DNA from: a virus
Taxonomy: Duplodnaviria; Heunggongvirae; Uroviricota; Caudoviricetes
Virus record (IMG/VR): IMGVR_UViG_3300045988_010208
DNA: 64,000 bases
Strand: one strand, 5' to 3'
Part shown: in pieces, positions 52,350 to 62,577 of the stretch
How positions within the stretch are numbered: the stretch's first letter is position 1
How the letters are laid out: each line of letters opens with the position of its first letter
Position numbers and translations under genes: made by a program
Notes under the pieces: model-generated
The model's input: the letters and a program-made list of their open reading frames with translations, nothing else
Database searches by the model: none
Told to the model about the DNA's origin: nothing

Positions 52350-52827
52350 AGAATACCTGCACTATGACCCCGAAACAGGGGTCTTTACTTGGTTAGTTGG
52401 TAGAAAAGGTAAGGCCAAAGCTGGCTCAGTAGCAGGTCTTAAACATCATAGTGGTTATATCTATATAAAACTCTTCGGAAAAAGATATGCAGCACACAGA
52501 CTGGCATTCTTGTATATGAAAGGATACCTCCCAAAATTTGTTGACCACAAGAATGGTATCAGGCACGACAACTGGTTCGACAATTTGAGAGAGTGTAGCA
52601 GGTCAGACAACAACTGCAATGCAGTCAAAAGAAAAGATAATAAGTCTGGTGTGAAGGGTGTATATTACCACAAGCAAAGAGGTAGATGGGCTGCACAAGT
52701 CAAGCATAATAAAGTATGCTACCATCTAGGTTTATTTGACTCTATCACTGAGGCTGAATCAGTTGTCAAAAAGAAAAGAGAAGAACTCCATAGAGAGTTT
52801 ACAAATCACGGAGAAGCTCATGAATGA
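52303..52827 (+). CDS. HNH homing endonuclease (paralog of 42223..42738)
   Basis: Shares YDPETGV(L/F)TW and HNH motif VDHKNGIRHDNWFDNLRE with the endonuclease downstream of the polymerase gene. Confidence 0.65.
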   Translation: MISMGGHQMLTQQTLKEYLHYDPETGVFTWLVGRKGKAKAGSVAGLKHHSGYIYIKLFGKRYAAHRLAFLYMKGYLPKFVDHKNGIRHDNWFDNLRECSRSDNNCNAVKRKDNKSGVKGVYYHKQRGRWAAQVKHNKVCYHLGLFDSITEAESVVKKKREELHREFTNHGEAHE

Positions 52828-53324
52828 TTAAAGTTAAAGGTTTTGGGAGTTGCCCCACTTATGGTCACTGGATTTCACTATGTGGTGAAGTTGACCCAGC
52901 AAAGCACTTTGGTTTTGTCTACCTAGTGTACTGCAAAAAGACTGGACAGTACTATTTGGGTAAGAAACAGCTTAACAGTGTGACCAAAAGAAAAGTTGCT
53001 GGGAAGACTCGGAAGAAGGTAGTCACTAAGGAAAGTGATTGGATGACTTACGAGACTTCTTCTGAGTATATTAAAAAAGATATTGAGAGCTTTGGAAAAG
53101 AATTTTTTGACTTTTACATTATCCAAACCTACTACACAAAAGGTGGTCTAGTTTATGGTGAAGCAAACCTTCAACATAAGTTCGATGTAATGACAAAAAG
53201 GATTGACTCGAAGCTCAGACTCTTCTACAATGCCAATATTGCAGCAATTAAGTTTATTACTAAAGAAACTTATGAAGATGCTGAAAAAAGAATCCATAAG
53301 GTAATGAAAGCAAATTGTGCTTGA
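52824..53324 (+). CDS. GIY-YIG-like endonuclease (putative)
   Basis: N-terminal FVYLVYCKKTGQYYLGKK resembles GIY-(10-11)-YIG module; directly follows HNH gene with ATGA overlap. Confidence 0.45.
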   Translation: MIKVKGFGSCPTYGHWISLCGEVDPAKHFGFVYLVYCKKTGQYYLGKKQLNSVTKRKVAGKTRKKVVTKESDWMTYETSSEYIKKDIESFGKEFFDFYIIQTYYTKGGLVYGEANLQHKFDVMTKRIDSKLRLFYNANIAAIKFITKETYEDAEKRIHKVMKANCA

Positions 53325-53330
53325 TAACTA

Positions 53331-53594
53331 TTGAGAGAGAATAAAATGTTTAACAAAAGTAAAGCTGTGAGTCATGTAGCAAAAGTTGACAGCAAGATTG
53401 AAGAACTTGAGCGCATTCTTGCAAATGCTAGAGAGTCAATAATTAAAGAAGTTGAAGCTGTTGAATCTCAAATGCAGCACCTAATGCTGAAACGTCAAGA
53501 ACTACGTGAGCATCTAGAATATATTGAAACACGAGAGCTAAAGGTTAACAAATATTTTAAGGAGTCCGAATGTTTAACTCAAGAGAATCAGTAA
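53331..53594 (+). CDS. Hypothetical coiled-coil protein
   Basis: 87-aa ORF. Confidence 0.4.
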   Translation: MRENKMFNKSKAVSHVAKVDSKIEELERILANARESIIKEVEAVESQMQHLMLKRQELREHLEYIETRELKVNKYFKESECLTQENQ

Positions 53595-54325
53595 AAAACT
53601 GGAACCTTCGTTGTGGAAACACTCAAAAGCAACCTTACAGTGATGAGTATTGGGAATCTTTAAAATCTCAATCTCTGTGTATGCTTGAAGAAGCAAAAGA
53701 GCTTGTAAAAGCAATTGAAGAGAAAGACCCCATTGAGACACTGGATGCTCAGGCGGATTTGCAATATGTTCTTGACGGATTGATTTATCTGTCACAACAT
53801 GACCATAACGGTGCTATGAAAGCTGTTTGCCATAATAATGACCTGAAGTACACAGATGACTACGAAGAAGCTTTAAAACGTCTTGCAGACATTGAAAAGC
53901 GTACTGGTCAAGAGTGTATTATCAGAATGTCAGTAGTTGATGGTAAAGAGTGGTATGCGATTGTTCGTGCAGCCGATGGGAAGATTATGAAGCAATCAAA
54001 TCTCCCTAAAGTACAGCTTGGTGAATACATTGTAGAGCTTGAAAGCCAAGAACTTTTTGTGGTAGTATCTGAGACATGCGTTATCTGCAAAGGTATTGTA
54101 GGTAGCTTAAAGGATTTGGGTGTAGATGGTTTTGTAGAAGTTAATCCAATTACCTCTAAAGCAGATAAAGACTTCTGTAAAGAGAACGGACTATGGATTG
54201 CAGATATTGTCTACTATGATGGTGAGCAGTTCCATGTAACCTCATACCCGAAACTGAATTATGATGCTAATAACCTGAAGTGCTGGTTAAAAGGGGTTGG
54301 TTATAATGGATTCACAGAACATTAA
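53570..54325 (+). CDS. MazG-like nucleotide pyrophosphohydrolase domain protein (putative)
   Basis: N-terminal EE..E....D..D motif (LEEAKELVKAIEE ... AQADLQYVLDG) as in MazG/HisE-like folds. Confidence 0.4.
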   Translation: MFNSRESVKNWNLRCGNTQKQPYSDEYWESLKSQSLCMLEEAKELVKAIEEKDPIETLDAQADLQYVLDGLIYLSQHDHNGAMKAVCHNNDLKYTDDYEEALKRLADIEKRTGQECIIRMSVVDGKEWYAIVRAADGKIMKQSNLPKVQLGEYIVELESQELFVVVSETCVICKGIVGSLKDLGVDGFVEVNPITSKADKDFCKENGLWIADIVYYDGEQFHVTSYPKLNYDANNLKCWLKGVGYNGFTEH

Positions 54326-54629
54326 TAAAGAGTGTGTGGCTCAGAAGAGCCACTTCTCAAACTACAATATTTCTATGACGGTGTTTATGTATGACCCGTT
54401 ACTTGAGAAGTATGGTGAGACTCCAGATACACTTCTGGACAATGAACAAGTTTTAAAAGCAGTCCTGTACAAATACGGGATTGATATTGAGAAAGAGTAT
54501 TCCTTTGAAATCTGCCAACACAGGAATACTTTCGGTAAAGTTGTGATGGCTCCACTCTTTATGGGTGTAGAAAGGACTGACTATGGTTGGTTGTATCTAA
54601 AAAGAAACTTGGAGAAATACCGTGTCTAA
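54297..54629 (+). CDS. Hypothetical protein
   Basis: 110-aa ORF. Confidence 0.4.
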   Translation: MVIMDSQNINKECVAQKSHFSNYNISMTVFMYDPLLEKYGETPDTLLDNEQVLKAVLYKYGIDIEKEYSFEICQHRNTFGKVVMAPLFMGVERTDYGWLYLKRNLEKYRV

Positions 54630-54957
54630 AGCAAAAAAGCTATCTTATGATGACATTATCTCAGGTGCTAAATTAGGTGTTGATAGTATCGGACAAGATG
54701 TTAAGCACGGGGACACAGTTATGTACTGTGATGACCGAAGAGGCAGAAGTGCAATCTTGTTTGGAAGAATTGTTTGCAAGATACGAGGTAATTACGTTGT
54801 TGCAGACATGGATGAGAGCACTGCACAAGAACTTGAAGCAATTATGAATGGCAATACACCATCGTGGTTCCTAAATTGTATGCACACTTCTTCAGTCACA
54901 AAAGTAAGTGATAAGTTTTACGATATGTGGCAGAATGAGCAAATTTTCAAGATTTAA
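54622..54957 (+). CDS. Hypothetical protein
   Basis: 111-aa ORF followed by terminator. Confidence 0.4.
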   Translation: MSKAKKLSYDDIISGAKLGVDSIGQDVKHGDTVMYCDDRRGRSAILFGRIVCKIRGNYVVADMDESTAQELEAIMNGNTPSWFLNCMHTSSVTKVSDKFYDMWQNEQIFKI

Positions 54958-54962
54958 ACTAT

Positions 54963-54986
54963 GGAGCCTCTTCGGAGGCTCTTTTC
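54963..54986 (+). terminator. Rho-independent terminator with TTCG tetraloop
   Basis: GAGCCTC-TTCG-GAGGCTC followed by TTTT. Confidence 0.6.
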
Positions 54987-55003
54987 ATCTGTAGGATTCA
55001 AAA

Positions 55004-57238
55004 ATGATTAAGACAATTAAAAAATCAAACGGTACAGTAGTAAGCTTTGACCCAGAAAGACTGAACAAGTGGGCATCATGGGCAGATAAGCGTGGAATTA
55101 TCTGGTCAGAAGTCACTATGGAAGCTATGAAACGTGTCTATGAAGGATGCACTACAAAAGAGATGCACCAAGCCATGATTGATGTTTGTGTTGATAAACA
55201 AACTCAAGAGTACTCAGACATGGCTGGACGGCTACTTTTGGGTATTATCTACAAAGAAGCTTTTGGAGGCTTTACTAAGGTTCCTACACTGATTACCTTC
55301 GTTAAAAATATGGAGAGAGCAGGACTTTGGGAGAAGATGGACTATTCACAGGAAGAGCTTGAATACCTGCAAGGTTACATCGTACACTCAAAAGATATCT
55401 CTTACGGTTATGCAGTCTTGAAACAGTTCAGAGACAAGTACGGTATCCGTGATATTAAAACTGGAAGACTTTTTGAGTCACCACAGTTTATGTTTATGGG
55501 TATGGCTATGAAAGCCTTTGAGAAGCAACCAAAGCACCGTAGACTGCAAGATGTTATCAAGCTGTACACTTACCTGTCTGACCTGAAGATTAATGCTCCT
55601 ACACCTTATTTAAACGGTTTAAGAGCCACCAAGTCAGGCTATGCGTCATGCTGTTTGATTAAGGCAAATGATACTGCTGAGTCTCTCGGTATTGCTGCAA
55701 AGGTTGCTTATGATATGACCACAAAGCAAGCTGGTATTGGTATGCTGATGGAGACACGTACTATTGGTGATGGTATCCGTCAAAATACGATTGAGCACAT
55801 GGGTAAGCTACCTTATTACAAGCTTGTACGTTCATCTGTAGAGGCAAACAAACAGAAGAGCCGTGGTGGTTCAGCTAATAACTTCTACACTGCTCTAGAC
55901 CCGCAGATTGAAGATTTACTGCGTTTGAAGCACCCTACAACGGTTCCTTCTAAACGTATTAATGAGATGGACTACTCATTCGGCACAAATGATTATTTCT
56001 GGCAGTGTGTTCAGTATGATACAGATTGGTTGCTATTCTCTTACAAAGATGCACCAAAACTCTATGACATGTTCTACACAGCATCTGCTGATGAGTTTGC
56101 TATGGCAGTTGGTCACGCAGTACATTCAGGAGTTAAGCACAGACGAGTAAAGGCTCGTGAAATTGCTAAGCTGTTTATTCAGCAGCGTTATGCTACAGGT
56201 CGTGTGTATCCATTCTTCACTAACAATGCAAACACACATACACCATTTAAAGAGCCTTTGAAGATGTCAAATCTTTGTATGGAAATTGTGTTGCCAGTGT
56301 ATGGTTTTGAGAAAGAGACAGACCTTTACAGAGACGATGCTGTGAAAGAGGATGGTGAGGTGGCTCTTTGCTTCCTAGCTAGTTTGGTTGCAGGGAGAAT
56401 TTCAGAAGATGAATACGCTGACGTTGCTTATTATGCTCTTGCAATGGTTGACTCCGTTATTGACCTTATGGATTATCCGTATCCGTCGATGCGTAACCAT
56501 GTTCAGAAGCGTCGTTCTGTTGGGATTGGCCTTACAAATGTGGCTCATTACCTTGCGAAGAACTACGTGAACTACTCTTCACGAGCAGGTAAAACGAAAC
56601 TTCATGAACTTGCAGAGATGCACTCTTACTATCTGCATGAAGCCTCTCTGAGACTTGCTAAAGAGCGTGGTGTTCCAGAGTACATGAAGTTCACTAAGTA
56701 TCCTGAAGGCTGGGTTCCTCCAAAGACAGCTAACAAGAAGATTGATGAAAAGCATGATGCAAAACTACGATATGATTGGGATGACTTAGCACAACGTATC
56801 AAAGAAAATGGTGGAATCCGAAACTCTGTATTAGAAGCTTACATGCCTAATGAGAGTTCTTCACTAGCAACTAATACGACAAACGGCTTGTACCCAATTC
56901 GTGACTTTATTTTAACTAAAAAGTCTGCAACTGGTAACGTGCTGTTTATTGTTCCAGATTATGAAGAGTTGAAGTATGTCTATGAGATTGCTTGGGATAT
57001 TGGCACATTTGATATGATTGATTGTTATGCAATTGTTCAAAAGTTCACTGGTCAAGCTATCTCTTCAGATTTCTATGTTGACTATGCAAAGTCTAAGAAG
57101 GTATCATTGGCTCAAGCTTTGAAGTACATGATTTATGCCAACTCGGTAGGTATGAAAACCATGTACTACCTTAACAGTCGCATTGGTGTAGGTAAGTCTG
57201 CACTGCAAGATGCTTATTGCGAGGGTTGTGGTGTTTAG
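55004..57238 (+). CDS. nrdA: Ribonucleotide reductase class Ia large subunit
   Basis: 744 aa; N-terminal ATP-cone, catalytic NLCMEI motif, C-terminal Cys pair (CEGCGV). Confidence 0.9.
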   Translation: MIKTIKKSNGTVVSFDPERLNKWASWADKRGIIWSEVTMEAMKRVYEGCTTKEMHQAMIDVCVDKQTQEYSDMAGRLLLGIIYKEAFGGFTKVPTLITFVKNMERAGLWEKMDYSQEELEYLQGYIVHSKDISYGYAVLKQFRDKYGIRDIKTGRLFESPQFMFMGMAMKAFEKQPKHRRLQDVIKLYTYLSDLKINAPTPYLNGLRATKSGYASCCLIKANDTAESLGIAAKVAYDMTTKQAGIGMLMETRTIGDGIRQNTIEHMGKLPYYKLVRSSVEANKQKSRGGSANNFYTALDPQIEDLLRLKHPTTVPSKRINEMDYSFGTNDYFWQCVQYDTDWLLFSYKDAPKLYDMFYTASADEFAMAVGHAVHSGVKHRRVKAREIAKLFIQQRYATGRVYPFFTNNANTHTPFKEPLKMSNLCMEIVLPVYGFEKETDLYRDDAVKEDGEVALCFLASLVAGRISEDEYADVAYYALAMVDSVIDLMDYPYPSMRNHVQKRRSVGIGLTNVAHYLAKNYVNYSSRAGKTKLHELAEMHSYYLHEASLRLAKERGVPEYMKFTKYPEGWVPPKTANKKIDEKHDAKLRYDWDDLAQRIKENGGIRNSVLEAYMPNESSSLATNTTNGLYPIRDFILTKKSATGNVLFIVPDYEELKYVYEIAWDIGTFDMIDCYAIVQKFTGQAISSDFYVDYAKSKKVSLAQALKYMIYANSVGMKTMYYLNSRIGVGKSALQDAYCEGCGV

Positions 57239-57293
57239 TTTTAACAACTATGAGGGTCGTAAAAGACCCTCTAAAAATAACTTTGGAGAGACC

Positions 57294-57551
57294 ATGAAAG
57301 ACTTAATAGAAAAACATGAGCGACCTATATACTTGCTCCACAAGCCTCGGAAAACGATGTACTATGTAAGTAGCACAGGCATGATGATAAAACAAAAGGA
57401 TGACTCATGGGTTGCTGGTATCTCTTACATCTCTACAGCAGATGGTAAAATCTATGCAAGACCTTATGAGATGTTTAACAAAGAAAATTGGGAAGTTTTA
57501 GACAGAAAACAAGCCTCAGAAATGATAAAGAAAGGAGAAATCACGCTATGA
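57294..57551 (+). CDS. Small hypothetical protein between nrdA and nrdB
   Basis: Track ORF 57210..57551 overlaps nrdA; ATG at 57294 follows a hairpin and GGAGAG RBS; stop overlaps nrdB start (ATGA). Confidence 0.35.
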   Translation: MKDLIEKHERPIYLLHKPRKTMYYVSSTGMMIKQKDDSWVAGISYISTADGKIYARPYEMFNKENWEVLDRKQASEMIKKGEITL

Positions 57552-58621
57552 TTAACCAGCACCCAATCTTTTTAGGTGGTGAGAGAAAAACTTTTGACTC
57601 ACTTAATAAACACTACCCAAAAATCTTTGAACTTTATAAACAACAAAAAGCACAAGACTGGTCAGAAGATGAGTTTCCTTTTGAACAATCACGTCTTGAT
57701 TTTGAGAGTGTGCCAGCATCAATGTCAGGTGTAATGCTTGAGATTCTGAAGTGGCAGTGGGAAGCAGATACTCAAGTTGCTAAGAGCTTGGCATTTGCCT
57801 TTGCACCATTTATCTCTGATGACATCTATGCAACTGCAATTATGAAGCAGTCTGAGATTGAAAACCTTCATGCTCTTACTTACTCAGAGATTGTAAGGCA
57901 ATGTATTAAAAACCCTGAAACAATCTTAGATGAGATTAACCAGAATGTTGCTGTGCAAGACCGATTAAAAACTGTGAATCGTGTTCTTGAAGAATTACTG
58001 GATGAAGGTATAAACTATCGTCTGAGTTATGTGCGTGATTCACTTCTGGACAAAGACCCTTTACACTTCCATAAAGTGATTCTGAAAGGGCTGTTTGCAG
58101 TGACTGCACTTGAAGGTATATCTTTTATGGCATCCTTTGCATGTACCTTTGCACTTGATGCTCAAGATAAATTTCAGGGTATTGCTCAAGCTGTCCAGAA
58201 AATTATGCTTGACGAAATCCTTCACACTAAAATTGATATTGAAGTTTTAAAAGAAACTTTAAGAGATGATGAGTGGCAGAAAGCTTTTCAACAAATCCTT
58301 CCAGAGATTAAAGTAATCTTAGATGAAGTAGTTGAAAGTGAAGAGAAATGGTCGTATTATATCTTCTCCGAAGGACGTGCTGTAGTTGGCTTAAATACAA
58401 AGCTTCTTCATGAGTGGGTTTACTATAATGCTGCCCCACTGTATGATATGTTTGGCATTCCCAGAGATTTTGTAGCTCCTAAAGAACCACCTTTGAAGTA
58501 CATGATTAAGAAGATGGAAATTGATAAAGAGCAGAATGCTAATCAGGAGCAACAGAACGGTGCGTACCTATTGAATACTGTTGTAGATGATTTGAGTAGT
58601 GGATTTTTAGAGGTTCCTTAA
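57548..58621 (+). CDS. nrdB: Ribonucleotide reductase class Ia small subunit
   Basis: Di-iron ligand motifs (EALHA-like LEGISF ... E..H) and C-terminal tail; start at ATG 57548 with AAAGGAG RBS. Confidence 0.85.
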   Translation: MINQHPIFLGGERKTFDSLNKHYPKIFELYKQQKAQDWSEDEFPFEQSRLDFESVPASMSGVMLEILKWQWEADTQVAKSLAFAFAPFISDDIYATAIMKQSEIENLHALTYSEIVRQCIKNPETILDEINQNVAVQDRLKTVNRVLEELLDEGINYRLSYVRDSLLDKDPLHFHKVILKGLFAVTALEGISFMASFACTFALDAQDKFQGIAQAVQKIMLDEILHTKIDIEVLKETLRDDEWQKAFQQILPEIKVILDEVVESEEKWSYYIFSEGRAVVGLNTKLLHEWVYYNAAPLYDMFGIPRDFVAPKEPPLKYMIKKMEIDKEQNANQEQQNGAYLLNTVVDDLSSGFLEVP

Positions 58622-58863
58622 TGACTTATGTAATTTACTCCAAAACTGGATGCCCTCAGTGTGAGACTGCAAAGAATTTTGCAAAAGCTCGTGGTATTGA
58701 CCATGTTGTGAGGATGTTAGGGCAGGATTATGAGCTATCAGAACTAATGGATATTGCACAGATGCCAGTTCGTCAGATGCCATTCATCATGAAAACTGAT
58801 GGACAAAACCTAAAACCTGTTGGGACGCTACAGAATTTTATGACAGAGGTGAATAATGCTTAA
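58621..58863 (+). CDS. nrdH: Glutaredoxin-like protein (NrdH-type)
   Basis: 80 aa with CPQC redox motif near N-terminus, located between nrdB and nrdD. Confidence 0.75.
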   Translation: MTYVIYSKTGCPQCETAKNFAKARGIDHVVRMLGQDYELSELMDIAQMPVRQMPFIMKTDGQNLKPVGTLQNFMTEVNNA

Positions 58864-59062
58864 ACGCATTTGGGAAGGTTTGGTTGTTGATGCACCAGCT
58901 ATTGTGATTGGTATGCTTATTGTTAACCTATTTACTGACTTTGAACAAGGTTCATTGTTTGGAGCCATGTTACTATGGGTTATCTTCGAAATATTAGAGA
59001 TACAGTTAGGTATCACTGAAAAACTAAGAGAACTCTTTGCGAAGTTTTCTAAAAAGATTTAA
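58856..59062 (+). CDS. Small membrane protein, hypothetical
   Basis: 68 aa, hydrophobic (LVVDAPAIVIGMLIVNLF ... AMLLWVIFEIL). Confidence 0.35.
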   Translation: MLKRIWEGLVVDAPAIVIGMLIVNLFTDFEQGSLFGAMLLWVIFEILEIQLGITEKLRELFAKFSKKI

Positions 59063-59068
59063 AATGAA

Positions 59069-59091
59069 AGGGTCTCTTCGGAGACCTTTTT
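59069..59091 (+). terminator. Rho-independent terminator with TTCG tetraloop
   Basis: GGTCTC-TTCG-GAGACC followed by TTTTT. Confidence 0.6.
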
Positions 59092-59110
59092 AGCATGTAA
59101 AGGGGCAATA

Positions 59111-61255
59111 ATGAACAAAGTACAGATTATTAAAAAGAATGGCTCACTCGAAGAACCTGATATCAAAAAAGTTTTAGCAGCAGTCACAAAGTCAGCTAAT
59201 AGGGTTGGGTATAAAGAACTCCCACCAGATGTTACCCAAGCTCTTGAGTCAGCATTTATGAGGATTCTGGTAAAATCCACTAAGCAGAATAATTTGCTAA
59301 TTTCTGTAAATGATATTCACAGTATTGTTGAGGGTGCTTTGGCAGAAGTCAATCACGAGATTTATGAATCTTACTCAACATATAGAAATTACCGTAAAGA
59401 AGTTGCTCAAAATTGGGATGAACTCTACCAGAAGACCAGAGATACACTCTTCTTAGGTGACAGAGAGAATGCTAACTTTGACAGCAGTTTAATTTCTACA
59501 AAAGGTTCAATTATTCGTGGTTACCTGACTAAAGAAATCTTTAAACAGTACCATTTAACACCAGAGGAACTTGAAGCCATTGAAAAAGGGTTTATCTATA
59601 TCCATGATTTAAGAGACCTAATTTTTGGTGGTATCAACTGTTGCCTGTTTGACATTGGTAAAGTACTGAAAGGTGGCTTTGAAATGTCTGGCATTGAATA
59701 TTGTGAACCAAAGTCTGTGCTATCAGCCTTACAGGTTATTGGTGATGTAGTTCTTTCAGCAACTGCACAGCAATTTGGTGGCTTTACTTTAGCAGAGATT
59801 GATAAGGTACTTGTACCGTATGCTAAGAAGTCTCTACATTACCATGCTGAAAAAGCAGCGTCTTACGGTATTCCTAAAGAACATTACCACAATTATGTCA
59901 TGGAGCAGCTACAGATTGAATTAACTCAAGGTTTTCAGTCTCTTGAAATGAAGCTCAATACTGTACCTTGCAGCCGTGGGGATTTTGCATTCACAACTTT
60001 GACATTCGGGTTACTTGACTCAGATATGTCCAATGAAGATAACCGACTGCAATACATGATTGCAAGTACTCTCCTAGATGTTCGTATGAATGGACAAGGT
60101 AAGAGCAAGAAGCCTGTTGTATTCCCTAAACTGGTTTATATTTATGACCAGAAGAGACACGATGAGAATATCTGTCAAGGCCACCTGTACAGTAAAGCTA
60201 TTGAGTGTTGCTCTAAAGCAATGTATCCAGATTTCTTAAGTGTATCTGGTCATGGTGCTGTAGCAGAGGCTTTTGAGCGTTCTGGCAAGGTAATTTCACC
60301 GATGGGTTGCCGAGCGTTCTTATCACCATATCTTAACGATAATGGGGAAGAGTTCTATGTTGGTCGTGCTAACATTGGTGCTGTATCTTTGAACTTACCA
60401 ATGATTTACCAGTATTCTAAAGAGAATGGCTTAGATTTCTGGAAAGAGCTTGATAAGTACCTAGAAATGATTCGCAGCTTCCACAAGAAACGTTACGAAA
60501 TGATTGCTAATATGCCAGCAAGTTCTAACCCTCTTGCATTCACACAAGGTGGTCTGTATAAAGGAACTAAGAAGCCTACTGACAGGGTTGGTTGGGATAT
60601 TGTGAAGTCTTTCACAGCTTCTTTTGGGGTTACTGCGCTTGATGAGCTGTCTGTTCTTGCTGAAGGTAAACGACTTCATGAAGTTGGAAGCTGTAGTTTT
60701 GCATACGATGTGCTGGAATATATCAACATGAAGACTGAAGAGTTTAAAAATGAAGATGGCTTCTTATATGCAGTCTATGGCACTCCAGCAGAATCACTTT
60801 GTGGAACTCAGCTAAAACAGTTCAGAGATATGTTTGGAGTTATCAAGGGTGTTTCTGATAAGGAATACTTTACAAACAGTTTCCATATGAATGTTGCAGC
60901 AGACATCTCACCATTTGAGAAGCAGGACTTAGAAGAGCCATTCTTCCATATCTGTAGAGGCGGCAGAATCCAGTATGTAAGAGTAGCTAACCCAGAAAAC
61001 TTAACAGCACTTAAAAGTTGTATTACAAGAGGGATGTTGAAAGGTTTCTATCAGGGACTTAACTTTGACTTAGCAATCTGTGAACATTGTGGTAACAGAC
61101 CAAAGGCTGATGTTGAAGAATGTGAGGTTTGTCATTCACACGATATCTCTGTGATTAACAGGGTGTGCGGGTACTTGTCATTCACAAAAATTAAAGGTCA
61201 GTCTCGAATGAATGACGCTAAGATGGCAGAAATTAAGGATAGGGTTTCTATGTAA
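59111..61255 (+). CDS. nrdD: Anaerobic ribonucleoside-triphosphate reductase (class III)
   Basis: 714 aa; N-terminal ATP-cone, C-terminal zinc ribbon CEHCG ... CEVCHS and glycyl-radical motif RVCGYLS. Confidence 0.85.
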   Translation: MNKVQIIKKNGSLEEPDIKKVLAAVTKSANRVGYKELPPDVTQALESAFMRILVKSTKQNNLLISVNDIHSIVEGALAEVNHEIYESYSTYRNYRKEVAQNWDELYQKTRDTLFLGDRENANFDSSLISTKGSIIRGYLTKEIFKQYHLTPEELEAIEKGFIYIHDLRDLIFGGINCCLFDIGKVLKGGFEMSGIEYCEPKSVLSALQVIGDVVLSATAQQFGGFTLAEIDKVLVPYAKKSLHYHAEKAASYGIPKEHYHNYVMEQLQIELTQGFQSLEMKLNTVPCSRGDFAFTTLTFGLLDSDMSNEDNRLQYMIASTLLDVRMNGQGKSKKPVVFPKLVYIYDQKRHDENICQGHLYSKAIECCSKAMYPDFLSVSGHGAVAEAFERSGKVISPMGCRAFLSPYLNDNGEEFYVGRANIGAVSLNLPMIYQYSKENGLDFWKELDKYLEMIRSFHKKRYEMIANMPASSNPLAFTQGGLYKGTKKPTDRVGWDIVKSFTASFGVTALDELSVLAEGKRLHEVGSCSFAYDVLEYINMKTEEFKNEDGFLYAVYGTPAESLCGTQLKQFRDMFGVIKGVSDKEYFTNSFHMNVAADISPFEKQDLEEPFFHICRGGRIQYVRVANPENLTALKSCITRGMLKGFYQGLNFDLAICEHCGNRPKADVEECEVCHSHDISVINRVCGYLSFTKIKGQSRMNDAKMAEIKDRVSM

Positions 61256-61262
61256 CATCGAA

Positions 61263-61820
61263 ATGAATTACGAACTAATATATAATGCAATTATTAAGAA
61301 GGCACATTCTGAAAGGGGTGTGCCTCTTACATACTACAAATGTCAAGGTAAGGGGTATGAAAGACACCATATCGTACCAGTATGTCTAGGTGGCGATAAA
61401 ATTAGTGGAGATAATATTGCTTTACTTACACCTAGAGAACACTATATAGCTCATAAATTACTGGTTAAGATGTATCCAAACAATCATAAGTTATGGTTTG
61501 CATGGAACAGGTTAGCTCATGATGGTTTAGATAGGAAAATATCATCCAGAGACTATGAAAAGGTAAGGGCTTTAAACTCGAAAGCTTTATCTATTGTGAA
61601 TAAAGGCAGGGTTTTCACTGAAGAGCATCGAAGACGATTAGGAGAATCCCAAATAGGCAATACAAAGTCAAAAGGTTGTAAAAGGTCTATAGAAACAAGG
61701 AAGAAGATGTCAGAAGCCGGAAAAAAGCCAAAGAAAAAGAAAACTTGCCCTCATTGTGGCATGACTGGTGGTGCTGGTAACATGACTCGATATCATTTTG
61801 ACAATTGTAAGAAAAAATAA
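61263..61820 (+). CDS. HNH endonuclease inserted between nrdD and nrdG
   Basis: HNH motif ERHHIVPVCLGGDKISGDNIALLTPREHYIAH; start at ATG 61263 (track frame begins 61212 inside nrdD). Confidence 0.65.
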   Translation: MNYELIYNAIIKKAHSERGVPLTYYKCQGKGYERHHIVPVCLGGDKISGDNIALLTPREHYIAHKLLVKMYPNNHKLWFAWNRLAHDGLDRKISSRDYEKVRALNSKALSIVNKGRVFTEEHRRRLGESQIGNTKSKGCKRSIETRKKMSEAGKKPKKKKTCPHCGMTGGAGNMTRYHFDNCKKK

Positions 61821-61831
61821 CCTTATGTAAA

Positions 61832-61844
61832 ACTTGACAAGGTG
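61832..61844 (+). promoter_or_regulatory. Conserved 13-mer ACTTGACAAGGTG (copy 3 of 3)
   Basis: Immediately downstream of the HNH gene, upstream of 61985 gene. Confidence 0.5.
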
Positions 61845-61984
61845 GTGTGGGTCTTGATAGGCTTACATCACCTTTTTTATTGGATGTTAGATATGGCAGA
61901 GAGTATTATTGGGTTGTTCATAGGTTCTGTCTTACTAGGGTTCTTTTTAGGACTCTCTTATTGTGAATTGAGAGATAAGTTAAA

Positions 61985-62185
61985 ATGTTTAAAATATCAA
62001 AAACGTTGATATACATACTCCACATTCTAATCTTCTTCTTTGGGGTTAGTGTTATGGTATGGGGTTTTTCAGACCCACAATGGAGTTTATCATATCATGG
62101 ACAAATGGATTTATGGTCATGCTTCAAACCATTTTTAGGGTTAGCTATAGCATTCAGTGCATTACCAACTAGGGTGAAATTATGA
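61985..62185 (+). CDS. Small membrane protein, hypothetical
   Basis: 66 aa, hydrophobic (LIYILHILIFFFGVSVMVWGF). Confidence 0.35.
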   Translation: MFKISKTLIYILHILIFFFGVSVMVWGFSDPQWSLSYHGQMDLWSCFKPFLGLAIAFSALPTRVKL

Positions 62186-62577
62186 TTAAGTTGAACCAAA
62201 AACAGTTAGAGTGGGTTAAAGACTACGCCTCAGAGTGCGGCTCTTGCGAAAAGAATCACGTAAAATACTCAACATTCCATACAGTCTTCACATTGTACAT
62301 CAGCGACAACGTTCTAAGCGATTCCGTAGAAGATAGTGTAGCATTACCTAATGAATTACTTGATAAACTAGCTGTAGTCTCTGGAACTTGGTCTGAAGAA
62401 GATGGTCACAAACTATCTGACGATGTTGTCTTCTACACCCTTGAAAACATCATGAATCCAGAGTACATTATGCTAATGACTTGCGCACAAGATTGTGTAC
62501 CATTACAAAACTTTATTAAAGAGCACTGTGAAGAGTTTATTACTAAACAGGTTCCTTGTCAGGTGGTGTTTGAATGA
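62182..62577 (+). CDS. Hypothetical protein
   Basis: 131-aa ORF with ATGA overlaps. Confidence 0.4.
   Translation: MIKLNQKQLEWVKDYASECGSCEKNHVKYSTFHTVFTLYISDNVLSDSVEDSVALPNELLDKLAVVSGTWSEEDGHKLSDDVVFYTLENIMNPEYIMLMTCAQDCVPLQNFIKEHCEEFITKQVPCQVVFE

Noticed and set aside
57252-57271. Terminator call for hairpin GAGGGTC-GTAAAA-GACCCTC after nrdA
   Set aside because: Good 7-bp stem but followed by an A-rich rather than T-rich tract on the plus strand; more likely an mRNA-stabilising or processing hairpin.
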